Positions 29,804 to 40,171 of a stretch of DNA of 64,000 bases are shown one piece after another. The DNA comes from an uncultured Planctomycetota bacterium (GTDB taxonomy: Bacteria > Planctomycetota > Planctomycetia > Isosphaerales > Isosphaeraceae): NCBI GenBank assembly GCA_963823665.1, contig CAWGMQ010000005.1, forward strand, positions 1,536,001 through 1,600,000. Direction: 5' to 3'. Both the position numbers and the translations under genes were made by a program. The notes beneath the pieces were generated by a model that had not been told where the DNA came from, did not search any database, and worked only from the letters and a program-made list of their open reading frames with translations. Every line of letters begins with the position of its first letter. The stretch's first letter is position 1.

Positions 29804-30118
29804 GTGTGGCGACAAGGCGGCCTTCTGATTCAGGAAGTCGGGGAGTTTCCATCATCGGCCCGACGGCGGGGGCGGATGGTTCTGGCTTCCGGATCCGGAG
29901 ACAGGACAGGCCATCGCCACCGGATCGAGGACCTGCGAACGGTGCGATTCCGCTCAACGGGTGATGGCTCCGGCGCGGGGTTCTTTCTGGAGGTCATCGC
30001 CCAGGAAGCCAGGATCGTGCATCCGGAACACAAGGCGATCATCCTGCCCAAAGGGCGGTATCGGGTTTGGAGACAGCGGGAGTTCGAAGGGTCCGGTGCT
30101 TGCGCCGTGGCTGATTGA
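29804..30118 (+). CDS. Small conserved hypothetical protein (RQGD...TGH.H...H.EH...RQRE type)
   Basis: GGAGGA RBS plus GTG; WRQGGLLIQ, TGHRHRI, IVHPEHKAIILPKGRYRVWRQREF, terminal VAD. Confidence 0.78.
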   Translation: MWRQGGLLIQEVGEFPSSARRRGRMVLASGSGDRTGHRHRIEDLRTVRFRSTGDGSGAGFFLEVIAQEARIVHPEHKAIILPKGRYRVWRQREFEGSGACAVAD

Positions 30119-30136
30119 CGCGGGAGGAGCGTCGCG

Positions 30137-31521
30137 ATGGGCGAGCGAATCCGAAATATCTTGCGCTGGTTGCTGCGCGGGGACGTCGTCGAAACGGTCC
30201 GCCTGGGCCCGTACGACCACGGCGGAGTGGCCGACAGGGAACTGGACGGACTCGCCGCGCTTGCCTCTCCGACTTCGATCCCAGTCCCCCTGGGCCAGGT
30301 GGCTCCGCCGGAATTCGTGGCACTCTCGCAACGGCCCGCTTTGCCTCCTCGAACGGTGCGCACAACGCTCAATCGAACTCCCGTGATTTCGATCGACAAA
30401 GAGTCGGGCCGTCACGCGATGAGCTACCGCGGCTGGAAAAGGCTGGTGCTGCAACTCTATTCCGAGCGAGCACCGGCGGGCATTGTGGTGGACGATGACC
30501 TGGTTCTGGCCAAGTTGCGACTGAGCTCCCTCCCGCCGGGATTGATCGTTCGGGGCACCCTTGACCTCGGATCGAATCAACGATTGCGGCGGATCGGCGA
30601 CGGGCTGAATGTGGGGGGCGACCTTCTGATTGGCGGCACGAGCCGGGGGGAAACCTGGTGGGAGTCGCGGTTGAAGCGTGACGCTGAGCAAGGCGGGCCA
30701 GCCGTCGCGGGCCTGGCAAAGTTCAGTAGGGATCATCAGTGTCCGCTGACGGAGCTGCCCAGAGGGGTCAAGATTGGCGGCGATCTCCGGCTTCAGAATT
30801 GCCGATTCATCGAGTGCCTTCCCGAGGACCTCGAAGTGGGGGGGTCGGTCCGTCTGATCGGCTGTACGGCATTATCTCATTTGCCTGAAGCATTTCCGGT
30901 TCAGGGTAATCTGGAGATCGTTGGCGCGCGAAGTTTGCGCTCGCTGCCATCCCTGCTCGAAATCAGCAAAAATCTCCGGCTGACTGGAGTGCCAGTAAGA
31001 GAGCTTCCCGCGGGCCTTCGGGTTGGGGGCAACGTCACTCTGGAATGCTGTTCCAGGCTGGTCGAGCTGCCGTCAGGCCTGGAAGTTGGCGGCAGTATGG
31101 AGGTACGGCGCTGCCCGATCGAGCGGCTGGGCGAGCGAGTGCAGATCAGGGGGAATCTCCGGCTGGTCGACGTCCGCATCAGAGCGCTTCCGGCGGACCT
31201 CCGGGTCGGCGGCGATCTGGTGCTCGAGCGATGTTCCGACTTCAAGCCTGCACGAGCCTCGAGCGAGCTGGATGGGACGGCGTTTTGAATCAGGCCAATG
31301 CCCTCATTCTGGATAGTGATACGGATGCCGGTGGTGAGCGAAGACTGGTGCATGTATCTCTGCGCCGACGCCTCATGACGTTTCTGCAATGTCGCTGTCC
31401 GTCGACGGGTCGGCAATATCTGCTGCGGGTTCCCCCGGGTACGCCGACTTGCCGACGTGCGGTTGCGTGGTTGGCGGGGTTTGAAGATCCCGAGGAATAC
31501 AGGCCGATTGTGGAGACGTGA
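30137..31521 (+). pseudogene. LRR-like repeat protein with DUF6745-like C-terminus, broken near 31250
   Basis: Repeated LPxxLxVGGxLxLxxC units; a second frame gives LERAGWDGVLNQANALILDSDTDAGGERRL...CRCPSTGRQYLLRVPP...AVAWLAGF...YRPIVET*. Confidence 0.75.
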
Positions 31522-31702
31522 CCGTGGGCAGGCTGCATCGCCGGGCCTCGGCAGCCGCGGGCAGATTGTGGTTCGGCTCCAAGAAAACACCGGTCGCCCG
31601 GAAAGATTCGGGGCTGAGCTGCGTATACACCTATGGATGGTGCGAAGCTCTGTTTGTTCCCGCGCCACGATCGTTCGCTCGACCCGCTCCAGGAGATCGC
31701 AG

Positions 31703-33355
31703 ATGAGCCACTCCGAGTCGCTCGGTCCCCGGCTGGAGATCAGCAAGGACAACAAGCCGGGGCAGAGTATCCCGATTGGGGATAGCGGGATCCAGATCGG
31801 CAGAGACCCGGCTGCCAAGGTCCGGTTTGAAGACGTGCGCGTCTCCCGCCAGCATGCGCGAATCGAACGGCATCCCGACGGTGACTTCTACCTGGTCGAC
31901 ACGAGCAGGCACCAGGCGACGTGCATCAACGGTCGCCGAATCCTGGAAGCGCGACCGGTTCGGCTTCGCGACGGCGACCGGATCAGCGTCGGGGATTGCG
32001 ACATGATCTTTCGCTGCGAGTCGCGGGTTCTGCCCGTCGAGGAGGAGGCGGGGTCCAGCGTGCTGGAGACGATCGGCGATCTCAGTTCTGGATACCTGGC
32101 TGGGCGCACGCGGCGCCCCGCCGAAACGCTCAGGGCCGTGCTCAACGTGAATCGCTCACTCGGCGGCGGTGGTGAGCTCGATCGGGTTCTGGATCGCGCG
32201 CTCTCGAGCCTGATGGAGTTGTTTCCCATCACCGAGTGCGGCGTGATCGTGACCGTCGAGCCGGACGGTCATCTGCCGGTACGTGCGATCCGGCATCGCA
32301 GCGGCCCGCCACCGAAGCTCACGCTGAGCCGTACGATCCTCCACCAGGTCGTCGATCGGGGCGAGGCTGCCCTGATCCGAGACGTGGCGACCGACGAACG
32401 ATTCCGGGGAAAGGGAAGCATCACCTCGCTCTTTCGCTCGGCGCTGTGCGTTCCTCTCCCTGGATCTGAAGGTAAGCCCGTCGGCATGGTGCAGCTCGGC
32501 GTCCAGGAGGATCGACGAAATCGTTACGGCAGCGAGGACCTCGAGCTGCTGGCTGCACTCGCATTGCCGATGGCTGCCGCGGTGGAGAACGACCGGCTAC
32601 TCCGCGAGCGTGCGCATTGGGCGGCCGCGCGGGAGATCCAGCGGGCGCTCTTGCCCCGCGAGCGGCCTGACGTGCCGAGATATTCGTTCTGGGAGTGCTA
32701 TCGCCCCGCGCTCGAGGTCGGCGGAGACTCCTATGACTACATCCAGACCTGCCGCGAAGGGCAGGATGGCGACTTCCGGTGGGTCATTTCCGTGGGGGAT
32801 GTTTCGGGCAAGGGCATGCCTGCGGCCCTGCTCTCGGCGGCGGTGCGCCCCGAAGTTCGTCATGCGGTCCGAGGCGGGGGCTCGCCGGCCGAGGTGCTCA
32901 TGGATGTCAACCGGCACCTCTGCAACGGGGGCTTCGACGCGCGTTTTGTGACGATGATTCTGGCGGAACTGGAGCCGGCACGACATCGGATCAACCTGGC
33001 GAGTGCCGGGCATGAGACACCCCTGCTCCGCCGGGCGAACGGCACTGTCGTTCAACTGGAGCTACCCGGCAAGGGCTTGCCCCTTGGCGTCTCGGCCAAG
33101 GAAGCCTACGCGTCGACCTCGCTCGAGCTGGAGCCGGGCGACGTCCTGGTTCTTTACAGTGACGGATTGAAGGACGCCCTCGATCGGCACCGGAACCCAT
33201 TCGGCATGGCGCGAGTGCTGCAGACCCTGGGGCATGCCCCGGCCGTCAGTTCACTCGCGGGCGAGGCCTTGCTCGAGGCCGTCATGCGGCACTCTGAGGG
33301 AGTTGCATCATTTGACGATCTGACCATCGTTTGCGTCGGACGGGAGATGGCTTGA
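31703..33355 (+). CDS. FHA-GAF-PP2C (SpoIIE/RsbU-like) phosphatase
   Basis: FHA IGRD...VSRQHARI; GAF SALCVPL; PP2C EVGGDSYD, GDVSGKG, SAGH, LYSDG, DDLTIV; AGGAG RBS. Confidence 0.92.
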   Translation: MSHSESLGPRLEISKDNKPGQSIPIGDSGIQIGRDPAAKVRFEDVRVSRQHARIERHPDGDFYLVDTSRHQATCINGRRILEARPVRLRDGDRISVGDCDMIFRCESRVLPVEEEAGSSVLETIGDLSSGYLAGRTRRPAETLRAVLNVNRSLGGGGELDRVLDRALSSLMELFPITECGVIVTVEPDGHLPVRAIRHRSGPPPKLTLSRTILHQVVDRGEAALIRDVATDERFRGKGSITSLFRSALCVPLPGSEGKPVGMVQLGVQEDRRNRYGSEDLELLAALALPMAAAVENDRLLRERAHWAAAREIQRALLPRERPDVPRYSFWECYRPALEVGGDSYDYIQTCREGQDGDFRWVISVGDVSGKGMPAALLSAAVRPEVRHAVRGGGSPAEVLMDVNRHLCNGGFDARFVTMILAELEPARHRINLASAGHETPLLRRANGTVVQLELPGKGLPLGVSAKEAYASTSLELEPGDVLVLYSDGLKDALDRHRNPFGMARVLQTLGHAPAVSSLAGEALLEAVMRHSEGVASFDDLTIVCVGREMA

Positions 33356-33469
33356 TCGAATCGGCTTCGTGAAGCGAGCCTGAAGATCCCGGAGATTCGG
33401 CGGTGAAAACGGGATATGATGGGAGGACCCGGAAAGGCCAGATCGCGGCGAGCATGGCATGAGGCGACG

Positions 33470-34030
33470 ATGGGCAGACAGCTTGATCGATTGGATGCCA
33501 GCCTGACGAGTTTCATCGGCCGGCAGCACATGTTCTTCGTCGGGACGGCGCCGACATCCTCCGATGGGCACCTCAACATCTCTCCCAAGGGGCTGGACAC
33601 GTTCCGCATCTTGTCGCCCGAGACCGTTGCCTACCTTGACCTGACTGGAAGCGGGATCGAGACGGTGGCGCACCTCCGCGAGAATGGGCGGATCACCATC
33701 ATGTTCTGCGCATTCGAGGGGCGTCCGTTGATTTTGCGGCTGCACGGCCGGGGCCGCGTCGTCGAGCCAGGGGATCACGAGTGGGACGAATTGATCGCGA
33801 GATTCGATGAATATCCCGGTGTGCGCTCGGTGATCGTGGTGGAATTGGAGCGGGTTGCCGAATCGTGCGGGTATGCGGTGCCGCTGTACGAGTACCAGGG
33901 GGAGCGCAGCCAATTGATCGAGTACGCGGAACGCAAGGGGCCGGAGGAGCTGGCGCGGTACAGAGCGGAAAAGAATCGGGCGAGTATCGATGGGCTGGCG
34001 GGGTTGAGATCGGCTGGGGGCGAGGAGTGA
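33470..34030 (+). CDS. Pyridoxamine 5'-phosphate oxidase-like FMN-binding protein
   Basis: QHMFFVGTAP, NISPKG, YLDLTGSGIETVAHLRENGRITIMFCAFEG, SCGYAVP. Confidence 0.9.
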   Translation: MGRQLDRLDASLTSFIGRQHMFFVGTAPTSSDGHLNISPKGLDTFRILSPETVAYLDLTGSGIETVAHLRENGRITIMFCAFEGRPLILRLHGRGRVVEPGDHEWDELIARFDEYPGVRSVIVVELERVAESCGYAVPLYEYQGERSQLIEYAERKGPEELARYRAEKNRASIDGLAGLRSAGGEE

Positions 34031-34262
34031 TGACGGATCGATGCTGATGGGCCGCGCGAGCCGGTCGCGGCACAATGATACCGAGCGTATCTGTCGTATG
34101 CAGGCCAGCCTACGCACGAACCGGGCTTTGACAGAACGGCGATTCAACATACACTGCTCGCCGAAGTGAGTGCCGGCGTACTGTGCCCGTACACCGAGAG
34201 CGAGTACGGCCGAAAGGTATTGACCAGCACGCTGAAGCCATACTGGCGTGGGAGGCCTTGCC

Positions 34263-35135
34263 ATGATCTGCCCGAGTTCGATGGGCGTACGGCTCTGCAT
34301 GGCGATTATCGGTGCGCTGGGGAGCGAAGTGGAACAAGTTCCACAGGCGGTCCGGCCGGCCGGCGTGAGCGGCGCAGCGGGGACTATGGTCGTGGCGGGC
34401 AGTGCGATCGATCGGAGGCCGGAAGGGCCGGAGCTTGAGCGGATTCTTGAGCGGCTGGCGCTCCGGTCTCGAGAGGTCCGGTCTGTGCAGGTTCGGTTCA
34501 AGCTCACACACACGTCACGACTGTGGGGCGAGACGGTCAAACGGGGCGAGGGCCGTCTGGTGCTTGATAAGGGCAAGTTCGGCGTGATGGACTTTGTTGA
34601 ATCCGATAAGTCTGGCGGCGAGCCACGGCGTTTCACGGACGTCTGGACGCGCGAATCGTTCAGTTTCGCGTGCTCAGCCGAGAAGTCCGCATTCACCGTT
34701 CCGCGCGAACACGACGACGGCGCCTGGATGCCACCCGATCTCAAGCTACCGTTCTTCTTCGATACGAATGTCGCGGAGATGGCGCAGGCGTATCGCTTCG
34801 CACTCGACAAGCCGGCGCGACAAAGTTACACGCTGCGGGTGACCCCAAGGGCGGCGGAAACTTGCGGCGCGTGGGCCCGTGCCAGTTTGGTTCTCGACGG
34901 ATCGACGTTGCTTCCAATCGTCTTTCGACGGGAACAGGGCGATGGAGAAGTCGACGTCTATCGGGCACTGGAGATCAAAGTCAACGAGCCGATACCCGAC
35001 GATATCCGCGCGATTGCGGATGGATCTGCCTGGAAAGGATATACGCTCGAGGTTATCGGTCCAAAGCACTGGATGCGCCGATGGTTTCGATCCGATCGCG
35101 TCGATCGAGCGGAACCGGAGCGGGCGATCCGTTAG
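34263..35135 (+). CDS. Exported protein, LolA-fold-like (resembles planctomycete TIGR03009 family)
   Basis: GGAGG RBS, hydrophobic N-terminus, LERILERL...VRFKL...GEGRL, LPFFF, LRVTPR, LVLDGSTLLP. Confidence 0.55.
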   Translation: MICPSSMGVRLCMAIIGALGSEVEQVPQAVRPAGVSGAAGTMVVAGSAIDRRPEGPELERILERLALRSREVRSVQVRFKLTHTSRLWGETVKRGEGRLVLDKGKFGVMDFVESDKSGGEPRRFTDVWTRESFSFACSAEKSAFTVPREHDDGAWMPPDLKLPFFFDTNVAEMAQAYRFALDKPARQSYTLRVTPRAAETCGAWARASLVLDGSTLLPIVFRREQGDGEVDVYRALEIKVNEPIPDDIRAIADGSAWKGYTLEVIGPKHWMRRWFRSDRVDRAEPERAIR

Positions 35136-35257
35136 AGGTGCGGCGATTGGAGCGGAGGATCGGGCTCACGGCCGAGGTTGGAGGACTTTCGTCCCGTCCG
35201 AACCACGGGCTCACGACCTTGGTCACTTGGTTTTTTCGTGTCGCGCTCTGGGGTATC

Positions 35258-35372
35258 GGGAGACCTTCGGTCAAGGGAAGGGCGGGGTCGGAGACCCGCG
35301 CTCAACGGCGACGGGTGGGGTCGCGGGGCCGCGCCCAATGCGGAAATACCTTCGCGGAGCGAAGGTCGACAT
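35258..35372. repeat. Intergenic palindromic repeats between convergent genes
   Basis: GGAGACCTTCGGTC...GGGTCGGAGACCCGCG and the perfect palindrome ACCTTCGCGGAGCGAAGGT (35348-35366). Confidence 0.55.
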
Positions 35373-35426
35373 TGCGGGTGGGGAACGAGTTCCGCGGCTG
35401 ACGTTATGGGTTTCGGGCTCCAGCTT

Positions 35427-37697
35427 TCACTTGCTGGCGGCCTCCTGTTCGGCCACGAGCTTCTCGACTAGCTGATCGAGCGAATCGCCCAGCGCCTTCT
35501 TCGAGCGGATCTTGGCGGTGGCGTCGATGACATAGATTGTTGGATATCCTTGCACATGGTAGAGCTTGGCGATCGGTCCGGAGCCCGGGGAGCCGTCGTG
35601 CCAGTTGGGCCAGGTGACGCTTTTCTCTTCCATCACCTTGCGGGCGACGGCGGCATCAGCGTCGGTGTTGACGCCCAGCATCGCGAAAGGGCGGCCTTTC
35701 ATGCGTTCGACGAGCGCTTTTTCGCGGGGGATTTCGCGCATACAAGGGCCGCACCAGGTGCCCCAGAAGATGATCGCCACGACCTTGCCGCGGTAATCTG
35801 ATAACGCCAGGGGCTTGCCGTGGATGTCGGTGCCCTTGATCTGAGGCGCTGGTTTGCCGACGGCCAGGTTGTGCAAGTCGTCGAGCCGGGTTTCGGCCAC
35901 CTGGGCGAGCGCCCTTCGGCGGGCTAGCCGCTCCGCAATCTTGCGCAGGTCATCTTTCGTGATCGGCTGGCCGTTCCATTTTGGCTCGGGCTCTTTGAGC
36001 AGTGATTCGGCCCGCCGGTCGCGCGTGGTGATGTATGGCACGTCGGCGTAGTCTGCGATCACCTCCTGGTACAACCGCTCGGACTCAGCGCGGAGGTAGT
36101 CGGCATCGCACTGCTGCAAGTGCAAGAAGTAGGCGTACTCCCCGTCCGGCTGCTCCTGCTTCAGGTCGAAGATCTTGCCGTCCTCGCCGATCACGCCCAC
36201 ATGTGTGATCATTTGCCGGCCCTGCCGGCCGCGGGCTCCTCTGGCCATCACCGACTTGTGTTCGAGATACTGCGCCAGCGCCAAGCGGGCAAGTCCCTTC
36301 GATTCCCGACACTTCGCCGAGGTGTAGAAGCCCAGCAGAAGGTTGTCGCGGTAGAGGCTCGAGGTGTTGTCGAGGTCGAGGCCCACACGCACAGCGTCGG
36401 GGTCATCGCCGTGGTTGCGGAGGAGCCAGTTCGCCGCGACGGCGAATTCGCCACCGAATGGTCCGAGGTCGGCGCGGGTGGCCTGGCTGATGACCCAGAG
36501 CATGGCGTCTCGTAGAGCAGGATCTTTCGGCGAGGCCGCCCCGAGGTCGGCGATCCGGCGGACAATCGCGGGCAAGTCGGGCCGGACCTGGAGGGCCTTT
36601 TCGAGGTTCTCTTTGGGGATGTAGGAACCGCGGTAGAAGGAATGGAACTCGCGATCGGCGTTCTCGTACTCGGCCTTCATGCGATCGAGCTTCTCCGCAA
36701 GCGAGGGATCGGAAGTCTTGTTCGCGACCGGGGCCTTTGTTTCGGCCGCGGGTTTGAGATCCTGCGAGTGGGGCGCGGCGTTGGGCTTGTCACCGCCGGC
36801 GAGCGTCAGCCTGACCGCCGCGCCGGTCGTTGCGAGGCCTAGCGCGATGAATCCCGCGATCATCCAAGTTTGTCGCATGACCATTTGCCTTAACGTTAAT
36901 CCCGCGAGACGCGCGGCGGCCGCGGGTACTGTGCCCGCGACCGCCTGGCCGGCGGTCAATCTTACCGCCGCCGCGGTCGAGCTTTTGGCGAGGCCCGGCG
37001 GGACGGCCGCCCGCGACGTGGACTCGAGCGCCGCGACGAGTGCTCCGACCGCCGGCGCCAGGCCCCTACGGGTCAGGCCCGAGCGCAGGCGCTCCCTGGC
37101 CCGATGCAAGCGGCTCTGCACGGTGCCGAGGGGGCAACGGAGGCGGCGGGCGGCCTGTTCCTGGGGAAGCCCTTCCAGGTAGCAGAGGACCACGGCCGAT
37201 CGATAGCGGGCCGGTAGGTGAGCGATCTCGGCGTCAATTGCGGCGCGGAGGTCGGCCCGCTCGTATGGATCGAATGACGATGACGGATCGACCGGGTCGA
37301 GACCGTCGAGGTTTTCTGAAAGATGGTGCCGCCGGACCGCCGTCGCCGCGCGAGCCTGCCGGGCCACTCGCACGCTCACGCCATAGAGCCAGCGGCCGAG
37401 TGAATCGCCGGTTTCCAGCCGCAGGGCGTGGGCTTTGCGGGCGAGGACGAGGAAGACAGCCTGGAAGGCATCTTCGGCCGTGTGAGGGTCGCGCGTGACA
37501 CGGCGGCAGGTGCCGAGAACCAAGGGACCGTGGCGGTCGACAAGCGTGGCGAAGGCGGCCTCGGCCGAGGCATAGGCGCGGCCGGCGGCAAACGTCGCCA
37601 GCAGCTCGGCGTCGGACAGAGTCCCGAGCGCACCGTCGGCAAAAAGGATCGCCCAGTCATCGCGAACTGCTTTTGAGTAGGCTAACGTCACGGTCAC
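35427..37697 (-). CDS. ECF sigma factor fused via a TM helix to a helical region and TlpA/thioredoxin-like domain
   Basis: LSDAELL..F...AFATLVDRHGPLVLGTCRR...AEDAFQAVFLVLARKA; VVLCYLEGL...GTVQSRLHRARERLR; TM WMIAGFIALGLA; GKPAP...LSDYRGKVV..FWGTWCGPC...YPTIYVID. Confidence 0.92.
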   Translation of the reverse strand: MTVTLAYSKAVRDDWAILFADGALGTLSDAELLATFAAGRAYASAEAAFATLVDRHGPLVLGTCRRVTRDPHTAEDAFQAVFLVLARKAHALRLETGDSLGRWLYGVSVRVARQARAATAVRRHHLSENLDGLDPVDPSSSFDPYERADLRAAIDAEIAHLPARYRSAVVLCYLEGLPQEQAARRLRCPLGTVQSRLHRARERLRSGLTRRGLAPAVGALVAALESTSRAAVPPGLAKSSTAAAVRLTAGQAVAGTVPAAAARLAGLTLRQMVMRQTWMIAGFIALGLATTGAAVRLTLAGGDKPNAAPHSQDLKPAAETKAPVANKTSDPSLAEKLDRMKAEYENADREFHSFYRGSYIPKENLEKALQVRPDLPAIVRRIADLGAASPKDPALRDAMLWVISQATRADLGPFGGEFAVAANWLLRNHGDDPDAVRVGLDLDNTSSLYRDNLLLGFYTSAKCRESKGLARLALAQYLEHKSVMARGARGRQGRQMITHVGVIGEDGKIFDLKQEQPDGEYAYFLHLQQCDADYLRAESERLYQEVIADYADVPYITTRDRRAESLLKEPEPKWNGQPITKDDLRKIAERLARRRALAQVAETRLDDLHNLAVGKPAPQIKGTDIHGKPLALSDYRGKVVAIIFWGTWCGPCMREIPREKALVERMKGRPFAMLGVNTDADAAVARKVMEEKSVTWPNWHDGSPGSGPIAKLYHVQGYPTIYVIDATAKIRSKKALGDSLDQLVEKLVAEQEAASK

Positions 37698-37877
37698 TAC
37701 CCTTTCTGTGTCGTGTCTTCCTCATCCTAACTGAATATGCGTTGCCTGAACCGAGATCTTCCAAGATTCACGGAAGTTGCTGCCGGATTGGAAGTTGCTC
37801 GCCTGGCACATCCGCCAGTTCTGGCAATGCAGGACGTCGGAGTGACGAAGACTTGGTCGCTGGTCACGCACGACCGA

Positions 37878-39995
37878 TCACGTTTTTGCCGGGCTGGTGG
37901 CTGGTTGAGCAGGCCGTGTGGCGGTGGAGGTACCACTGCTCGGTTCGGGCCGGGTGCCCGAGAGGCGGATGTTCACGAGCTTGTTGAGAACGTCGAACCA
38001 GAAGGGAGCACCCATCGAAACTGCGAGGATCGAGATCAGCAGGCCGATGAACTTGGCGATTATCCTGGCATAATTGATTGAGTACGTTTTGTTGGCAGAG
38101 GGTTCGGCCTTGTGCCGTTCGACGACGGACCAGAGGTTCTCCAGCTCGGTCCGGGACCACCAGAGAGGCAGCTTGGTCGCGTCGAGAGCTTTCTTGTACT
38201 GTTCGGCCAGCTCGCCCGGTGCGCTGGCTTTCTTTTCGGATGCATTGCTGTCGATCGCCACGGCAGGCAGTGTTTTTCGTTGGTCTTTCATCTGGGCGGC
38301 ATTCTTGGGGGCGGGCGCGACGGGCTGGGTATTTTCTCCGACTTGATTCTGCGCCCTATCTTCCGTTCCCAAGGAAGCCTGGGCGCCGTCGGATGCATCG
38401 AGCATGGCGCGGGCTTCTTTCAGGGCGGCGTTGCGCATCTCGGAGCTGGACGAAAGATGGCCGACCAAGGAGACGGTGTCGACGTTGTTGATCGTGCAGA
38501 GGAAAAAGGCGATGACGACAAGGATGTACTGGGTATTGCGCTTGTACCAGCCTGAGGCGTGGTCCATCACGTCATTGAACCAGGACCCGACATTCTTTCG
38601 GAACGCGTCGAGATCTTCGCCGGCCTGGGTGAGGAAGGCAGAGAGGGCGGTCTTGATCGAGCTGTCGGCCATCATGGCGATGGTCTGGCCGGCGCGCTCG
38701 AGCGTGAGGAGATTCTGACCGAGGGCGTGGAGGGGACGGAGGGAGGCCTGGATCTCGCGTTCGAGGGCCGTCCGGAGCGAGTCGTCGGGAACGGCGGCGG
38801 CGGCAGCGAGCAGATCATTGATCCCCTTTTCGAGCAGGTTGACGGCGCCGAGCGCTTCGACTGCGCCGTTTTTTATTTCAGCGAGCGTGTTCATGACCGA
38901 CTGGATGGCGCGGTCGACGTTGTTCTTGGCGTCGCCGGCGGGGAGGCGGGTGGCGACTCCCTGGAGTATGGCGAGTGCCGAGCCGAAGCGATCCCAGAGG
39001 GATGTGGTTCCGCGCGACGCCGCGCCTGCGGCTGCGCCCTGGGAAAGCGAAACCCTCGACAAGGCGCGGATGGTGTTGTCATTGGTTAGCATATAAATGA
39101 TCACATCAATAAACGTGCGGTCGGGCATATACCTGGGCACATCGGCGAGAACAGTCAAGGCGCTGTCGAGGCCGCGCTTGGCAGTATCGACGGCCCTGGC
39201 CGCGCTGGTCGCTACTGCCGCGGCCGCGGTTGCGGCCTGTGCGGCTCTGGTTGCCTGATCGAGGACATGGCTGGCGCGGGCGGCGAGCTCGGATCGGGAA
39301 GGGACCGGCGGCGCAGGGGCCTGGGGCGCTTCCGGTGGGACAACCTGGGCGGCCGCCGGGGTGCGGCGAGCGGGCGGTTGCAGCGCGAAGCCGGCGGGCG
39401 TTTCTTGCCATTTCTTGACTTTCGCAAGCAGCTCGGCTGCAGTCGTTGCTTTCGCGGCTGCCTCCCTGGCCGCGATGGCCGAAGCGTCTGCGGCGCTGGC
39501 CGCTGCCGCGGCGGCGTCAACTGCCATCTGGAGATCTGGACTCGCCGTGGCGCCCGTTGTCGCGGGCCCTTTCTGGGCGACCTTGACATTTGCGGCGGCG
39601 GTTGTGGCGGCCGCAGCCGCATCGGTCGCCTTCGCGGCGGCCGCGCGGGCGTTGTCGGCCGCGGCAACCGCGGCGGCGGCAGCATTCCACTTGTTCCTTG
39701 CGAGGTCAAACTGTTCGACTTTCTGCTCGACTCGTTCGGCAGCGCTTTGAAACTGGGGCTTCCAATTCGTCGAGTTGAGCGCCTGGATCATCGGGTGCGC
39801 GATGAACAAGTTGAGCATCGTTCGCCCCTGGGGATCGTCGTTATCAAAGAGATTGAAGAGGATGTGTTTCAAGTGGTCGCTGCGGCGGTCGAGCACGCTC
39901 GAGATATACTCGGCTATGGCGGACGCGATCAGGCTGAAGACGAGGTAGACGAAGACCAGTCCGATCGCGGTTTCCAGAACTGTCGAGCCGAGCAT
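37878..39995 (-). CDS. Conserved hypothetical membrane protein (GAPFWFD motif) with Ala-rich insertion
   Basis: MLGSTVLETAIGLVFVYLVFSLIAS, WFNDVMDHASGWYKR, NVDT, GLLISILAVSMGAPFWFDVLNKLVNIR. Confidence 0.8.
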   Translation of the reverse strand: MLGSTVLETAIGLVFVYLVFSLIASAIAEYISSVLDRRSDHLKHILFNLFDNDDPQGRTMLNLFIAHPMIQALNSTNWKPQFQSAAERVEQKVEQFDLARNKWNAAAAAVAAADNARAAAAKATDAAAAATTAAANVKVAQKGPATTGATASPDLQMAVDAAAAAASAADASAIAAREAAAKATTAAELLAKVKKWQETPAGFALQPPARRTPAAAQVVPPEAPQAPAPPVPSRSELAARASHVLDQATRAAQAATAAAAVATSAARAVDTAKRGLDSALTVLADVPRYMPDRTFIDVIIYMLTNDNTIRALSRVSLSQGAAAGAASRGTTSLWDRFGSALAILQGVATRLPAGDAKNNVDRAIQSVMNTLAEIKNGAVEALGAVNLLEKGINDLLAAAAAVPDDSLRTALEREIQASLRPLHALGQNLLTLERAGQTIAMMADSSIKTALSAFLTQAGEDLDAFRKNVGSWFNDVMDHASGWYKRNTQYILVVIAFFLCTINNVDTVSLVGHLSSSSEMRNAALKEARAMLDASDGAQASLGTEDRAQNQVGENTQPVAPAPKNAAQMKDQRKTLPAVAIDSNASEKKASAPGELAEQYKKALDATKLPLWWSRTELENLWSVVERHKAEPSANKTYSINYARIIAKFIGLLISILAVSMGAPFWFDVLNKLVNIRLSGTRPEPSSGTSTATRPAQPATSPAKT

Positions 39996-40171
39996 TGTGT
40001 TACCTGAGAAGTTGAGGGGCTGGAAAGCATGACAGCCCAAAAATGGGCGAGGCTCGAACGATGAGCAGACATGGACTGCCACGAAAGTGGAGAATTCTAA
40101 CGCCGCGAAAATACGAAAGAAAACAAAATCGTTCGCGTCCCTGCGCACGGGATGGTTGTCCAATCGCGGCC

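Noticed and set aside
33308..34810. 500-aa minus-strand ORF and similar long ORFs (19625-20788, 52494-54035, 59610-60857, 61328-62683)
   Set aside because: GC-rich antisense shadows of well-supported genes, with no motifs of their own.
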